Below, one piece after another: positions 1 to 9,321 of a DNA stretch of 46,260 nt; the first letter of the stretch is position 1; every line of letters begins with the position of its first letter. Source of the DNA: Bacteroidia bacterium (GTDB lineage Bacteria; Bacteroidota; Bacteroidia; AKYH767-A; OLB10); assembly GCA_038211525.1 (NCBI GenBank), contig JBBQVM010000002.1, forward strand, positions 1-46,260, given 5' to 3'. The translations under genes and the position numbers were made by a program. The notes under the pieces were generated by a model. That model ran no database searches. It was not told the DNA's origin and worked only from the letters and a program-made list of their open reading frames with translations.

Positions 1-883
1 TGAACACCATGAGTTCTCCTGCGTTAGGTATGTACATAATGTTTAAGTAGTTTGCGAAAACGGTATTACCTGATACATAAGCGAAAATTGCCAAGGTAAC
101 TCCAATTATGGCTGAGGTACCTGTTGCCAAACCATCAATTCCATCAGTAATATTAGCTCCATTACTCACGGCAGTTACAATCAGAATTACCACCAACATG
201 TACACTATCCAAGTATATTTTTCAAAACCAACGCCCATCCATGAAACTAATTCGGTGTAGTTGAATTCATTGTTTTTTGTGAATGGAATAGTGGTTGCAG
301 TTGATTTTACATTGGTGGCTGAGTACAAAGAATTTTCATTCGCGCGTATCTCGTCAATAATGGTACTCTGATTCTTCATTGTAATTGGTTTGCCCTCATT
401 TTTTTCACGCACCACCACCTCATTATTAAAATACAAAACAGAACCAACAATAATTCCCAAACCTACCTGACCAATTATTTTAAATTTTCCTGCCAGCCCC
501 TCCTTATCTTTTTTAAAGACTTTAATATAATCGTCAATGAATCCAATTATACCTAACCAAATAGTGGTTACAGTCATTAATATCACATATATATTATTCA
601 ATTTAGTCAGCAACAAAACAGGAATAAGGATTGCTGCTAAAATAATGAGTCCTCCCATGGTAGGTGTTCCTTTCTTCTTTGCCTGACCTTCTAATCCCAA
701 ATCTCTTATAGTTTCTCCAACTTGTTTATTCAACAACATTCTTATAATTCCCTTTCCAAGAATAAGGGTTATAAAAAGTGAAATAATAATTGCAAGAGAA
801 GCGCGAAAGGACAAGTACCTGAACAACCCTGCGCCGGGAAGGTCAAATGCTTTATCGAGGTATTCAAATAGGTAGTATAGCAT
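1..883 (-). CDS. mraY: Phospho-N-acetylmuramoyl-pentapeptide transferase MraY, first ~294 codons only (gene runs off the left window edge)
   Basis: Absent from the ORF track because it is open at the edge. My minus-strand translation from the ATG at 881-883 gives [27 protein letters not shown]...[10 protein letters not shown]...[11 protein letters not shown]...[13 protein letters not shown], the conserved MraY motifs. The ATG overlaps the murE stop (TGATG). Canonical dcw position after murE. Confidence 0.9.
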   Translation of the reverse strand, partial: MLYYLFEYLDKAFDLPGAGLFRYLSFRASLAIIISLFITLILGKGIIRMLLNKQVGETIRDLGLEGQAKKKGTPTMGGLIILAAILIPVLLLTKLNNIYVILMTVTTIWLGIIGFIDDYIKVFKKDKEGLAGKFKIIGQVGLGIIVGSVLYFNNEVVVREKNEGKPITMKNQSTIIDEIRANENSLYSATNVKSTATTIPFTKNNEFNYTELVSWMGVGFEKYTWIVYMLVVILIVTAVSNGANITDGIDGLATGTSAIIGVTLAIFAYVSGNTVFANYLNIMYIPNAGELMVF

Positions 884-2346
884 CAGTTTTCAAATATTCT
901 GAATGAATCTTCCAACACTTGTCGATCATCGAAAGGGTGTTTCACTCCTTTAATCTCCTGGTATTTTTCGTGTCCTTTTCCTGCAACAAGAATTATATCA
1001 CCGGACGAAGCCATACTGCATGCAGCCTTCAAGGCTTCCTTCCGATCGGTTACCGATAATGTTTTACGGACATATTGAGCCGGCACGCCTGCTTTCATTT
1101 CATCAATGATGACTTCGGGATCTTCCGACCTCGGATTATCAGAGGTGAATATTACTTTGTCGCTCATCTCACAGGCAATTCTGGCCATAAGTGGTCGTTT
1201 TGCTGCATCCCTATCGCCTCCACATCCAACTATAGTAATCACTTTTTCGTTTCCTGTTCTTATATCACGAATGGTATTGAGCACATTTTGTAGTGCATCA
1301 GGTGTATGTGCATAATCAATAATTCCAATTACGTGGTTGCCTGAAATAATATATTCAAACCTTCCTTCGACAGCATCAAGACTACTGATGCCTGTTAAAA
1401 CGTCCAGTTTATCTTGCCCAAGCATAACGGCCACTGCATATACTCCAATTATATTGTAGGCATTAAAACTACCAATCAGTTTGCACAACACTTCGTTACC
1501 TTCAATATTGAGCATAAGGCCGGCAAGGCTATTTTCCATCACCTTACATTTAAAATCGGCCATTGATTTTAAGCCGAAAGATTTTTTAATAGCTCTACAA
1601 TTCTGAACCATTATTTTTCCATTCTTATCATCGCCATTATAAATCGCAAATGCATCTTCACCCAACTGATCAAAAAATCCTTTCTTCGCTTTTATATATT
1701 CATCAAATGTTTTGTGATAATCAAGATGATCGTGCGTAATGTTTGTGAATAATCCACCCTTAAATTGCAAACCGGTTATCCTGTGCTGAGCAACTGCGTG
1801 TGAACTAACTTCCATAAAGCAATACTCACAATTCTCTCTCACCATTAACGACAACAAACTATTTAATTTAACAGGATCTGGCGTCGTATGTGTTGCAGCA
1901 ATTACCTCTTCATTTATCTGATTTTGTACTGTTGAAAGCAAACCACTCCTGAAACCCAATCTTCTAAAAAGATGAAATAACAGTGTTGCAGTGGTAGTTT
2001 TACCATTGGTGCCGGTTATGCCAATTAGTTTTAGTTTTTCAGATGGGTTATCGAAAAAGTTAGCTGCTATAATCGAAAGTGCTATAGCGCTGTTGGCGAC
2101 TCTTGCATAAGTAACTCCCTGACGAATTGTTTTAGGAAATTCTTCGCATACAATTGCAGTGGCACCATCCTCAACAGCTTTTAAAATAAAGGCATGTCCA
2201 TCCACATTAGTGCCTTTAACAGCTACGAATAAACTTCCTTTATTAATTTCATTAGAATTAAAAACAACCGAAAGTACTTCTGTAGAAGTGGAACCTATCA
2301 CTTCCAAAAGTCCTGCTTTATATAAAATTTCTTTTAGCTGTTTCAT
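883..2346 (-). CDS. murE: UDP-N-acetylmuramoyl-L-alanyl-D-glutamate--2,6-diaminopimelate ligase
   Basis: 487 aa. Mur-ligase P-loop [11 protein letters not shown] and the MurE-type DNPR motif ([10 protein letters not shown]). Sits between ftsI and mraY. Stop/start overlaps on both sides suggest translational coupling. Confidence 0.93.
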   Translation of the reverse strand: MKQLKEILYKAGLLEVIGSTSTEVLSVVFNSNEINKGSLFVAVKGTNVDGHAFILKAVEDGATAIVCEEFPKTIRQGVTYARVANSAIALSIIAANFFDNPSEKLKLIGITGTNGKTTTATLLFHLFRRLGFRSGLLSTVQNQINEEVIAATHTTPDPVKLNSLLSLMVRENCEYCFMEVSSHAVAQHRITGLQFKGGLFTNITHDHLDYHKTFDEYIKAKKGFFDQLGEDAFAIYNGDDKNGKIMVQNCRAIKKSFGLKSMADFKCKVMENSLAGLMLNIEGNEVLCKLIGSFNAYNIIGVYAVAVMLGQDKLDVLTGISSLDAVEGRFEYIISGNHVIGIIDYAHTPDALQNVLNTIRDIRTGNEKVITIVGCGGDRDAAKRPLMARIACEMSDKVIFTSDNPRSEDPEVIIDEMKAGVPAQYVRKTLSVTDRKEALKAACSMASSGDIILVAGKGHEKYQEIKGVKHPFDDRQVLEDSFRIFEN

Positions 2347-4454
2347 TAACCTAACTGTATAATAATTTCTGCTCCTCTTTGAATCTGAGATCCGGCAGCA
2401 ATAGATTGTTTTAAAACTGTTCCACTTCCTATTATCCTAACTTGAAATCCTTTGCTCTCTAATAAATAAATAGCGTCACGCAAACCCATCCCAACTACAT
2501 TTGGAACTTGGTCGTGACGAAATTGAATTCCTTTAAATTCAACCGCATCAGTACTTGAAGCAGCCGCTATCCAGCGATCTTGTCCGGCAGGAAGATTAGC
2601 AGGGATCTTCAACGTCTTAATTACTTTCTCTGTTTGACTGTATTGTCCTGTTTTTGTTTTAGGAAGATTGTCGGTAAGTGTCTCTTCGTATTTCAGTTCT
2701 TTATGCAGTTCCAGTTTGTTAGCATAAACTTTATCGGCAATCTCCTTAAAAATTGGACCGGCAACCTGAGCAGCATAATATTGATTTCCATTTGGAGCAT
2801 ATACTACTACAATGCAACTATATTTAGGGTTATCGGCAGGGAAGTATCCCACAAAAGAAGCCTGGTAACGAATTTTCCCATTCTTGTATCCTTCTCTTGC
2901 ATTGGCAATCTGTGCCGTTCCGGTTTTACCTGCTATTTTAAATTGTGCGTGCTTGAGGTTCATAGCTGTTCCTCTTTCTACAACTCCTTCGAGCATAATA
3001 TGGGCCTTCGCAATTGTTGAAGGTGATGCAATACTATCCTTGATAATAGTAGTTTTAAATTCTTGCACCAGATGCCCCTTGTTTCTGATTTCCTTTACGA
3101 ACAATGGTTTTACCATTCTGCCATTGTTAGCCACAGCATTGTAAAAGGTGAGAATTTGCAAAGGTGTTAAGGAACACTCATAACCAATCGACATATAAGG
3201 AAGCGTTACTTTCGACCAATATTTATCATCGGTATTCTTTATTAGAGGAGACCCTTCACCGGATATTTGCAATCCTAGTTTTGAGCCAATTCCAAAACTA
3301 CGAACCCTATCCACGAATGACTGTGGATTTTTAGCATAATATTTTTGGATCATTTTTGAAACACCCACATTTGAACTCAACTCAAAAACATGTTGCAGCG
3401 ATATTTTACCATAGCCACCTTCGTGAGAATCTTTCATGATACGATTGGCATATCTAACGGCTCCACCCTGTGTGTCGACAGAGTCATCCAAATCGGCATA
3501 ACCATCTTCCATTAATGCCATTAATGAAGCGAGTTTAAAAGTGGATCCCGGTTCTGTACTTTCACCAACTCCAAAATTGAATTGCTCTCTGTAAAAACCA
3601 TCTTCACCGCGTTTTAGATTGGCAATAGCCATCACTTGACCTGTTTCGACCTCCATCAAAATGGCACAACCCTTATCGGCATTATTCAGACTGAGATAAT
3701 TGTTTAAAGAATTTTCAGCTACATCCTGCAAATTAAGATCTATGGTAGTTACAATATCATTACCGTCACGAGGTTCAATTTCATTTTCATCGTTTAGCGG
3801 TTTCCAAACGTTACCGGATATACGTTGTACCAAACGAACCCCACTTACTCCTTTCAAATGTTTATCAAAGGCACCTTCAATTCCAACAGGTTCTACTCCA
3901 TCTACTTTGTAGCCGATTGTTCTTTCCGCCAACAAATCAAATGGTTTTACCCGTTTACTTTTTTGTTCAGGAATCAATCCTCCTTTATAACGCCCCAATC
4001 TGAAAATCGGAAATTTTTTAACTTCTAATAATTGTTTATAGGAAACATTTTTTTTCAGTAAAAAATATCTTTGTCCGTCGTGACGTGCTTCACGTAACAC
4101 ATGTTTGTATTCAGCAGCTGAGCGATCTTTGAATATATTTGCCAAGTATATTGATAACGAATCAATATTATTGTTAAATATTTCGGCAGTTACCGCATCG
4201 GCAAGCATGTCGACACGTAAATCATAAATTGGAACTGAGGTAGCCAGGAGATTCATATCCGCTGAATAAATATTTCCGCGTGCGGGTTCAATAGTTTGAA
4301 CACTTGTTGTTAAACTATCTGCTTTGGCTCTCCATTGGTCACCTTGAACAAATTGCAATTGCCATATTCTACCTATGATAGCAAAACCAAAAAGGCAAAT
4401 GAATCCGTATACAAAATATATTCTTCTTAAGATATCGGTTTTATTATCAGCCAT
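2346..4454 (-). CDS. ftsI: Class B penicillin-binding protein (division transpeptidase FtsI/PBP3 type) with a C-terminal PASTA-like domain
   Basis: 702 aa with an N-terminal TM anchor. Transpeptidase motifs STFK (GSTFKLAS), SSN (LSSNVG) and KTG (AGKTGTA). C-terminal VPNVVGMGLRDAIYLLESKGFQVRIIGSG... resembles a PASTA repeat. dcw position. Confidence 0.9.
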   Translation of the reverse strand: MADNKTDILRRIYFVYGFICLFGFAIIGRIWQLQFVQGDQWRAKADSLTTSVQTIEPARGNIYSADMNLLATSVPIYDLRVDMLADAVTAEIFNNNIDSLSIYLANIFKDRSAAEYKHVLREARHDGQRYFLLKKNVSYKQLLEVKKFPIFRLGRYKGGLIPEQKSKRVKPFDLLAERTIGYKVDGVEPVGIEGAFDKHLKGVSGVRLVQRISGNVWKPLNDENEIEPRDGNDIVTTIDLNLQDVAENSLNNYLSLNNADKGCAILMEVETGQVMAIANLKRGEDGFYREQFNFGVGESTEPGSTFKLASLMALMEDGYADLDDSVDTQGGAVRYANRIMKDSHEGGYGKISLQHVFELSSNVGVSKMIQKYYAKNPQSFVDRVRSFGIGSKLGLQISGEGSPLIKNTDDKYWSKVTLPYMSIGYECSLTPLQILTFYNAVANNGRMVKPLFVKEIRNKGHLVQEFKTTIIKDSIASPSTIAKAHIMLEGVVERGTAMNLKHAQFKIAGKTGTAQIANAREGYKNGKIRYQASFVGYFPADNPKYSCIVVVYAPNGNQYYAAQVAGPIFKEIADKVYANKLELHKELKYEETLTDNLPKTKTGQYSQTEKVIKTLKIPANLPAGQDRWIAAASSTDAVEFKGIQFRHDQVPNVVGMGLRDAIYLLESKGFQVRIIGSGTVLKQSIAAGSQIQRGAEIIIQLG

Positions 4455-4459
4455 TGGAA

Positions 4460-4864
4460 TTAGTTTTTCTCCATTTCTTTTCCAGGTTCAACAATTATTT
4501 TTCCGGGTGCTTCTACCGACTCCTTAATACCTTGCCATGCTACTGCCTTCGCCACTTCCGATTGTTTGCTAACAAACATCAATTCCGATTTACCGGTAAT
4601 ATATTCTGTACGTAATGTTTTTAATTCTTTTGAAACGCGGTCGATGTCACGAATGGTACGTTCAGCATAATAACTATTGGCGATATACACCAAAGCGATT
4701 CCTGAAAGAAATAAAATATAAGGCAGCACTTTAAGAGTCATCTCTTTGGTGAAAATGCCAAACATGTTCAGGTATTTCACATACATTCTAGGAGGTGAAG
4801 ATTTCTTGCGTTCCTGAGTGGGAGCAGCTCTTTTTTCTTGTACCGGTTTTTTTTCTCTGTTCAT
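4460..4864 (-). CDS. ftsL: FtsL-like small bitopic division protein (call based on position and architecture)
   Basis: 134 aa. Basic Lys/Arg/Pro-rich N-terminus, a single TM helix (VLPYILFLSGIALVYIANSYY), then a short periplasmic coiled segment. Lies between rsmH and ftsI as in other dcw clusters. No strong sequence motif. Confidence 0.55.
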   Translation of the reverse strand: MNREKKPVQEKRAAPTQERKKSSPPRMYVKYLNMFGIFTKEMTLKVLPYILFLSGIALVYIANSYYAERTIRDIDRVSKELKTLRTEYITGKSELMFVSKQSEVAKAVAWQGIKESVEAPGKIIVEPGKEMEKN

Positions 4865-4875
4865 GGTGTTGGTGT

Positions 4876-5778
4876 TCAGATTTTTTCGGCAATTCTTAAT
4901 TTGGCACTTCTTGACCTTGGGTTATTCTTTACCTCTTGCTCCGAAGGAACAATTGGTTTTTTAGTAATCGAATTAAATTTCAATCCTATTACATTTCCAA
5001 ATAGATCGTGGTGAATTTCACCTTCGAAATTTCCTTTCGAAATATAATTTTTCACCAGTCGATCTTCCAGTGAATGGTACGACATCACAACCAATCTACC
5101 TGTTGAGTTTAAACAAGCTGCACTCTGTTCCAACAATTCTCTCAGTGCCATCATCTCATCATTCACTTCAATCCGTAAAGCCTGATATACCTGAGCGAGG
5201 TATTGGTTTTCATTAGACTTAGGAACTAATCGACCGATAGTATTTAGCAGATCAACCGAATTTTGAAATTGGTTTATATTTCGCTGATGCACGATTGCTG
5301 CAGCGAGTTGTTTTGAATTTTTTACTTCACCATAAGCTGAAAAAATTCTCACCAGTTCTTTTTCAGAATAGGAGTTCAGAATTTTCAATGCTGTTTGTCC
5401 CTCATTCGAGTTCATCCTCATATCCAAATTATGTTCAAACCGAATCGAAAATCCTCTTGCCGCTTCATCGAATTGATGTGATGACACACCCAGATCTGCC
5501 AGTATGCCGTTCACGGGGATTAGATTTTGCGATTTTAGTTGACTGAACATATTCCTGAAATTATCTTTCACCAAAACAAACCTTGGATCGTGTATAGCAT
5601 TGGCAACAGCATCCGGATCCTGATCAAATGCTATCAAAACTCCCTTCTCACCCAACTTTTCTAATATTGCTTTGGAATGCCCACCACCACCAAATGTCAC
5701 ATCCACATAAACGCCTTCCGGTTTTATACCGAGCCCTTCAATGCATTCATGAAGCATGACGGGTTCGTGGTATTTCAT
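4876..5778 (-). CDS. rsmH: 16S rRNA (cytosine1402-N4)-methyltransferase
   Basis: 300 aa. Motifs VDVTFGGGGHS and ADLGVSSHQFD. Directly abuts the mraZ stop. Confidence 0.93.
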   Translation of the reverse strand: MKYHEPVMLHECIEGLGIKPEGVYVDVTFGGGGHSKAILEKLGEKGVLIAFDQDPDAVANAIHDPRFVLVKDNFRNMFSQLKSQNLIPVNGILADLGVSSHQFDEAARGFSIRFEHNLDMRMNSNEGQTALKILNSYSEKELVRIFSAYGEVKNSKQLAAAIVHQRNINQFQNSVDLLNTIGRLVPKSNENQYLAQVYQALRIEVNDEMMALRELLEQSAACLNSTGRLVVMSYHSLEDRLVKNYISKGNFEGEIHHDLFGNVIGLKFNSITKKPIVPSEQEVKNNPRSRSAKLRIAEKI

Positions 5779-6246
5779 TTACTCTTCTCCCAGATCAAGG
5801 TCTTCATCATCAAAAATTTGTTCCGACATATCTGAATATTTTTCAGACTCATCAGCCGCCGGAGTTTTAAATTTCTCACGTGCCCATATTTCTATTGTTC
5901 TTCCAAATGTTGAAATCACTATTTGCCTTCCAATTGATGCCCATTCCATAAGATGTTTGGGTAGCAGCAAACGGCCTGAGGCATCCAGTGTTAGGTCAGT
6001 GGCACCATTAGCAAAAAAACGCTGGTATTCACGAATCACTTTTTTTGCCCTGTTCATGCGGTTCACACGACCCGATTCTTTCAGAAATAATGGGTAAGGC
6101 CACATCGTAATGCAGTTCTCTAGTCCGCGGTTGAGCACAAAACGATCTTGCATGTCGGCAGGTAGTTGTTTACGCAGTTGAGCAGGTACCATAATCCGGC
6201 CCTTCTCGTCAACTTTTACCTCGTATTCACCTATCAGATTGAACAT
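5779..6246 (-). CDS. mraZ: Transcriptional regulator MraZ
   Basis: 155 aa. Two SpoVT/AbrB-like MraZ repeats (DEKGRIMVPAQLRK and DASGRLLLPKHL). First gene of the dcw cluster. Confidence 0.92.
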   Translation of the reverse strand: MFNLIGEYEVKVDEKGRIMVPAQLRKQLPADMQDRFVLNRGLENCITMWPYPLFLKESGRVNRMNRAKKVIREYQRFFANGATDLTLDASGRLLLPKHLMEWASIGRQIVISTFGRTIEIWAREKFKTPAADESEKYSDMSEQIFDDEDLDLGEE

Positions 6247-6256
6247 AATGCAGCTT

Positions 6257-6262
6257 CCTCCT
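6257..6262 (-). promoter_or_regulatory. Strong Shine-Dalgarno-like AGGAGG (context GGAAAGGAGGAA) 10 nt upstream of the mraZ ATG
   Basis: Reverse complement of 6241-6275 reads GCAGATAGTGGAAAGGAGGAAGCTGCATTATGTTC. None of the other start regions I checked in this window has a comparable SD. Confidence 0.5.
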
Positions 6263-6272
6263 TTCCACTATC

Positions 6273-6297
6273 TGCCCGAATTAATCCCAGTCGGGCA
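6273..6297 (-). promoter_or_regulatory. 7-bp stem hairpin in the presumed mraZ 5' leader
   Basis: TGCCCGA (6273-6279) and TCGGGCA (6291-6297) are perfect reverse complements with an 11-nt loop. On the minus strand it ends 10 nt upstream of the AGGAGG. Confidence 0.4.
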
Positions 6298-6329
6298 TTT
6301 CTTGAAAGAGGTGGGTAAAGGTAAAAAAA

Positions 6330-6350
6330 GAATTCCCACCTTTTACCACC
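6330..6350 (-). promoter_or_regulatory. Candidate MraZ operator: GGTGGTAAAAGGTGGGAATTC (two GTGG cores 10 nt apart), about 85-105 nt upstream of mraZ
   Basis: Read directly on the minus strand. A related copy, GGTGGGTAAAGGT, lies on the plus strand at 6310-6322, giving an imperfect palindrome. MraZ proteins are known to bind GTGG/TGGG-type repeats with 10-bp phasing. Confidence 0.35.
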
Positions 6351-6476
6351 ATATTCGAAGATTGTTGATAAATTTTCTTTTAAGGTAGTTTTCAGGCTCA
6401 TAATTAATCGTTTTAAATTGGGCTTACGTTGAGAATTAACGAGGGTTTCAGCATTAAAGTGTGACAAAAATTATGT

Positions 6477-6494
6477 GGTGGTAAAAAGTGGAAA
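6477..6494 (+). promoter_or_regulatory. Third copy of the GGTGGTAAAA(A)GTGG motif, facing the plus-strand acyltransferase operon
   Basis: GGTGGTAAAAAGTGGAAA. GTGG cores at 6478 and 6488 (10-nt period). Lies just upstream of the -33/-7 region of the 6558 gene. Confidence 0.3.
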
Positions 6495-6526
6495 TTTTTT
6501 ATTGGTAAAATCTTAACTGAATTAAG

Positions 6527-6534
6527 TAACTTTG
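6527..6534 (+). promoter_or_regulatory. Bacteroidota -7 promoter box TAACTTTG for the acyltransferase operon
   Basis: Exact match to TAnnTTTG. TTG at 6502-6504 is a possible -33 element. ATG at 6558. Confidence 0.45.
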
Positions 6535-6557
6535 AGGTCTTCCACGTATAATTTTCT

Positions 6558-7412
6558 ATGCAAAGCTCTGAAAACAAGAACTTTATAGATATTGATGAAA
6601 TTTTTAAGAACAAGAATCCCGGTCTTTACCGGTGGTTGCCCCCGTTTTTTCTGAGCTATCTTAAAAGGGTCGTTCACCAGGATGAAATCAATTTATTCAT
6701 ACGTACCCATGGACATAAAACGGAGTTCGATTTCGTGAATGCAGTAATTTCCGAATTTGGTGCTCACATCGAAATGGAGGGACTGGAAAACATTCCATTA
6801 ACAGGAGGTTGTATCTTTGCCGCCAACCATCCGCTTGGCGGACTGGATGCCATGGCCATGATTCAAGCTATTGGTACCAAAAGAAAAGATATCAAATTCA
6901 TTGTTAATGATATACTGTTGAGCATTAAAAATCTAAGTGGAATTTTTATAGGTGTAAATAAGCATGGGAAAAATAGTGCCGAAGTGCATTCAAGTCTTGA
7001 TCAATTATATGCTTCCGGGTCATCAGTGCTTATCTTTCCGGCAGGACTGGTTTCCAGGAAACAAAATGGAAAAATTAAGGACCTTGAATGGCGCAAAAGC
7101 TTCGTTACCAAAGCCCGCAAACACCAAATTGATGTGATTCCGGTATATATTGGTGGCGAAAACTCCGCCTTCTTCTATAATTTATCCAATCTTAGGAAAA
7201 GATTAGGCATAGCGGCAAATGTTGAAATGCTTTATCTTGCCGATGAAATGTATAAGCAGAAGAATAAAACAATAAAGGTTATATTTGGACAGGCAATTTC
7301 GCACTCCACATTTGACACCAACCGCGCCGATCAGGATTGGGCGCAACTAGTTAAAGATCATGTGTATCAATTGTCAGTGAGTGGTCATCAAACAAAATTG
7401 AACCCGGCCTAA
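6558..7412 (+). CDS. Lysophospholipid/O-acyltransferase family protein (GlsA-like partner of the N-acyltransferase)
   Basis: 284 aa. Acyltransferase box AANHPLGGLD and FPAGLVSR motif. 5-nt gap to the downstream N-acyltransferase gene. Confidence 0.7.
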   Translation: MQSSENKNFIDIDEIFKNKNPGLYRWLPPFFLSYLKRVVHQDEINLFIRTHGHKTEFDFVNAVISEFGAHIEMEGLENIPLTGGCIFAANHPLGGLDAMAMIQAIGTKRKDIKFIVNDILLSIKNLSGIFIGVNKHGKNSAEVHSSLDQLYASGSSVLIFPAGLVSRKQNGKIKDLEWRKSFVTKARKHQIDVIPVYIGGENSAFFYNLSNLRKRLGIAANVEMLYLADEMYKQKNKTIKVIFGQAISHSTFDTNRADQDWAQLVKDHVYQLSVSGHQTKLNPA

Positions 7413-7417
7413 TAACT

Positions 7418-8356
7418 ATGCAGCCAATTATTGCACCTATTGATAAAGCTATTCTTGAAAAAGAACTCCATAACGGGAGGTTTACCCGCAGTACCAATAA
7501 TGGGTCGAATGAGATCTATATACTCACCAACCACGATTCCCCTAATGTGATGCTGGAAATTGGCCGACTGCGCGAAATTACTTTTCGTGCGGCAGGTGGA
7601 GGAACTGGTTTATCCACTGATATTGACAAATACGATATCGCTAAAGATCCTTACAAACAATTAATTGTTTGGAATCCTATTGATAAAGAAATTGTAGGTG
7701 GTTACCGTTTTATTGAATGTAGCAAAGCTTCGCGCGATGCAAATAATGTGGTGCTGCTTGCTACTACCGAATTATTTACTTTCTCTGATAAGTTTATAAG
7801 TGAATACCTGCCCTGGACCATCGAGTTAGGACGTTCATTTGTTCAGCCCAGGTATCAGCCCAGCAGTGAAAATAGAAAAGGACTTTTTTCACTTGATAAT
7901 TTATGGGATGGGCTTGGCGCGATAGTGGTGGATCACCCGCACATTAAATATTTTTTCGGTAAAGTAACCATGTATCGTCACTTCAATCAGGAAGCTCGCG
8001 ATATGATACTTTCATTCATGTATCACTATTTTCCTGATCACGATAATCTGGTTTTTCCTATTCACCCACTCAAAATTAATCACGATACCACCGATTTCCT
8101 TAAAGAACTTGATGGTTTGAATTATAAAGATGGTCATAGAGAGTTGAATCAGCATGTACGAGAATTAGGTGAGAATATTCCACCTCTTTTTAACTCATAC
8201 ATGAATCTTTCAGCAACTATGAAAACATTTGGAACCGCTTTAAATGATCATTTTGGTGAAGTGGAAGAAACCGGTATCATGGTTACCATTAGTGAAATAT
8301 ACGATACTAAAAAAGTGCGGCATATTTCTACTTATAAATCACCATCACGAAGTTGA
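7418..8356 (+). CDS. GNAT-fold N-acyltransferase of the OlsB/GlsB (often annotated 'hemolysin') family
   Basis: 312 aa. GRLREITFRAAGGGTG...DIDKYD...QLIVWN matches my recollection of the OlsB/GlsB-type amino-acid N-acyltransferase signature. Paired with an O-acyltransferase. Confidence 0.7.
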   Translation: MQPIIAPIDKAILEKELHNGRFTRSTNNGSNEIYILTNHDSPNVMLEIGRLREITFRAAGGGTGLSTDIDKYDIAKDPYKQLIVWNPIDKEIVGGYRFIECSKASRDANNVVLLATTELFTFSDKFISEYLPWTIELGRSFVQPRYQPSSENRKGLFSLDNLWDGLGAIVVDHPHIKYFFGKVTMYRHFNQEARDMILSFMYHYFPDHDNLVFPIHPLKINHDTTDFLKELDGLNYKDGHRELNQHVRELGENIPPLFNSYMNLSATMKTFGTALNDHFGEVEETGIMVTISEIYDTKKVRHISTYKSPSRS

Positions 8357-8371
8357 ATAAAATAAATAATT

Positions 8372-8980
8372 ATGATAATCAGGACAGCTGATTTTTTAAC
8401 CAGTAGTGCCGATTACCGGAATTGCCCCGCGCCCGACAAACCTGAATTTGCTTTTATAGGAAGGTCAAATGTTGGAAAGTCATCTTTAATTAATGCTATC
8501 ACATCCCGCAAAGGGTTGGCAAAAACTTCGGGCACACCCGGTAAAACACAACTCATCAATCATTTTATTATTAATGAAAACTGGTATCTGGTAGATTTGC
8601 CCGGATATGGTTTTGCAAAAGTGCCTACCGCTACCCGAGAAAATTGGGAAGGAATGATTCGCGATTACCTGTTGCGTAGATCTAATTTATTATCCACAGT
8701 AGTATTGATTGATGTGCGCCTTGATCCACAAGCAATTGATCTCGACTTTTTATCATGGCTAGGCGAACACAATATTCCATTTTCTATTGTATTTACCAAA
8801 GCTGATAAACTTACCCGAAATGAACTTGCTTCTAAATTAAGTAGGTACAAAAAAACGTTGCTTGATGCATGGGAAGAGTTGCCGTCCTTTTTTGTGACTT
8901 CAGCCGAAACAGGAGCTGGTAAAGAAGAGCTCCTCTCCTATTTTGATGAAACTATTCCATTATTTGAGCCCGGAAAATAA
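8372..8980 (+). CDS. engB: Ribosome-biogenesis GTPase YihA/YsxC (EngB)
   Basis: 202 aa. G1 GRSNVGKSS, G3 DLPGYG, G4 TKADK. Confidence 0.9.
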   Translation: MIIRTADFLTSSADYRNCPAPDKPEFAFIGRSNVGKSSLINAITSRKGLAKTSGTPGKTQLINHFIINENWYLVDLPGYGFAKVPTATRENWEGMIRDYLLRRSNLLSTVVLIDVRLDPQAIDLDFLSWLGEHNIPFSIVFTKADKLTRNELASKLSRYKKTLLDAWEELPSFFVTSAETGAGKEELLSYFDETIPLFEPGK

Positions 8981-8988
8981 TTCGAAAT

Positions 8989-9318
8989 TTATTTAGTAAC
9001 CCCACTCATTTTACCAAATTTTTCAGCAAAAACGGTAATTTCTTCTGCTGTTTTTTCGTCGTTGGTAGCTCTTAAATAAGTATCAGCCATGCTGCGGAAA
9101 GTTTCATAAAAAAAATGCTGCATTTCTTCTACCATCATTTTCGAAGTCCATAAATCTATTCGTAAGGTGCTTTTTTCTTTAGGATCCCAAATAGAAATCA
9201 TTACCGAATTACATTCTTTATCCCCTTCCATTCCTGAATCATCTGCTGTCCAGTGAATGGTTTCCGGCACTTTATTTTCATCTAATGATACGGTGAACCG
9301 GATGTCTGATTTTTTCAT
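8989..9318 (-). CDS. gldC: Gliding motility protein GldC
   Basis: 109 aa. Its size, its position immediately downstream of a GldB-like lipoprotein gene, and SLDENKVPE...W.A.D......K..M.S.WD......RIDLWT...MVEEM match my memory of Flavobacterium GldC. Confidence 0.72.
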   Translation of the reverse strand: MKKSDIRFTVSLDENKVPETIHWTADDSGMEGDKECNSVMISIWDPKEKSTLRIDLWTSKMMVEEMQHFFYETFRSMADTYLRATNDEKTAEEITVFAEKFGKMSGVTK

Positions 9319-9321
9319 AAT

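Noticed and set aside
2580-3144. 146-aa and 86-aa plus-strand ORFs antisense to ftsI
   Set aside because: They lie inside the transpeptidase domain coding region (KTG and SSN motifs on the other strand). They are shadow ORFs.
6234-6613. 77-aa and 66-aa minus-strand ORFs in the mraZ upstream region
   Set aside because: They span the divergent promoter/leader region, overlap the mraZ start and the 6558 gene start, and have no coding-like composition. The region is better explained by regulatory motifs.
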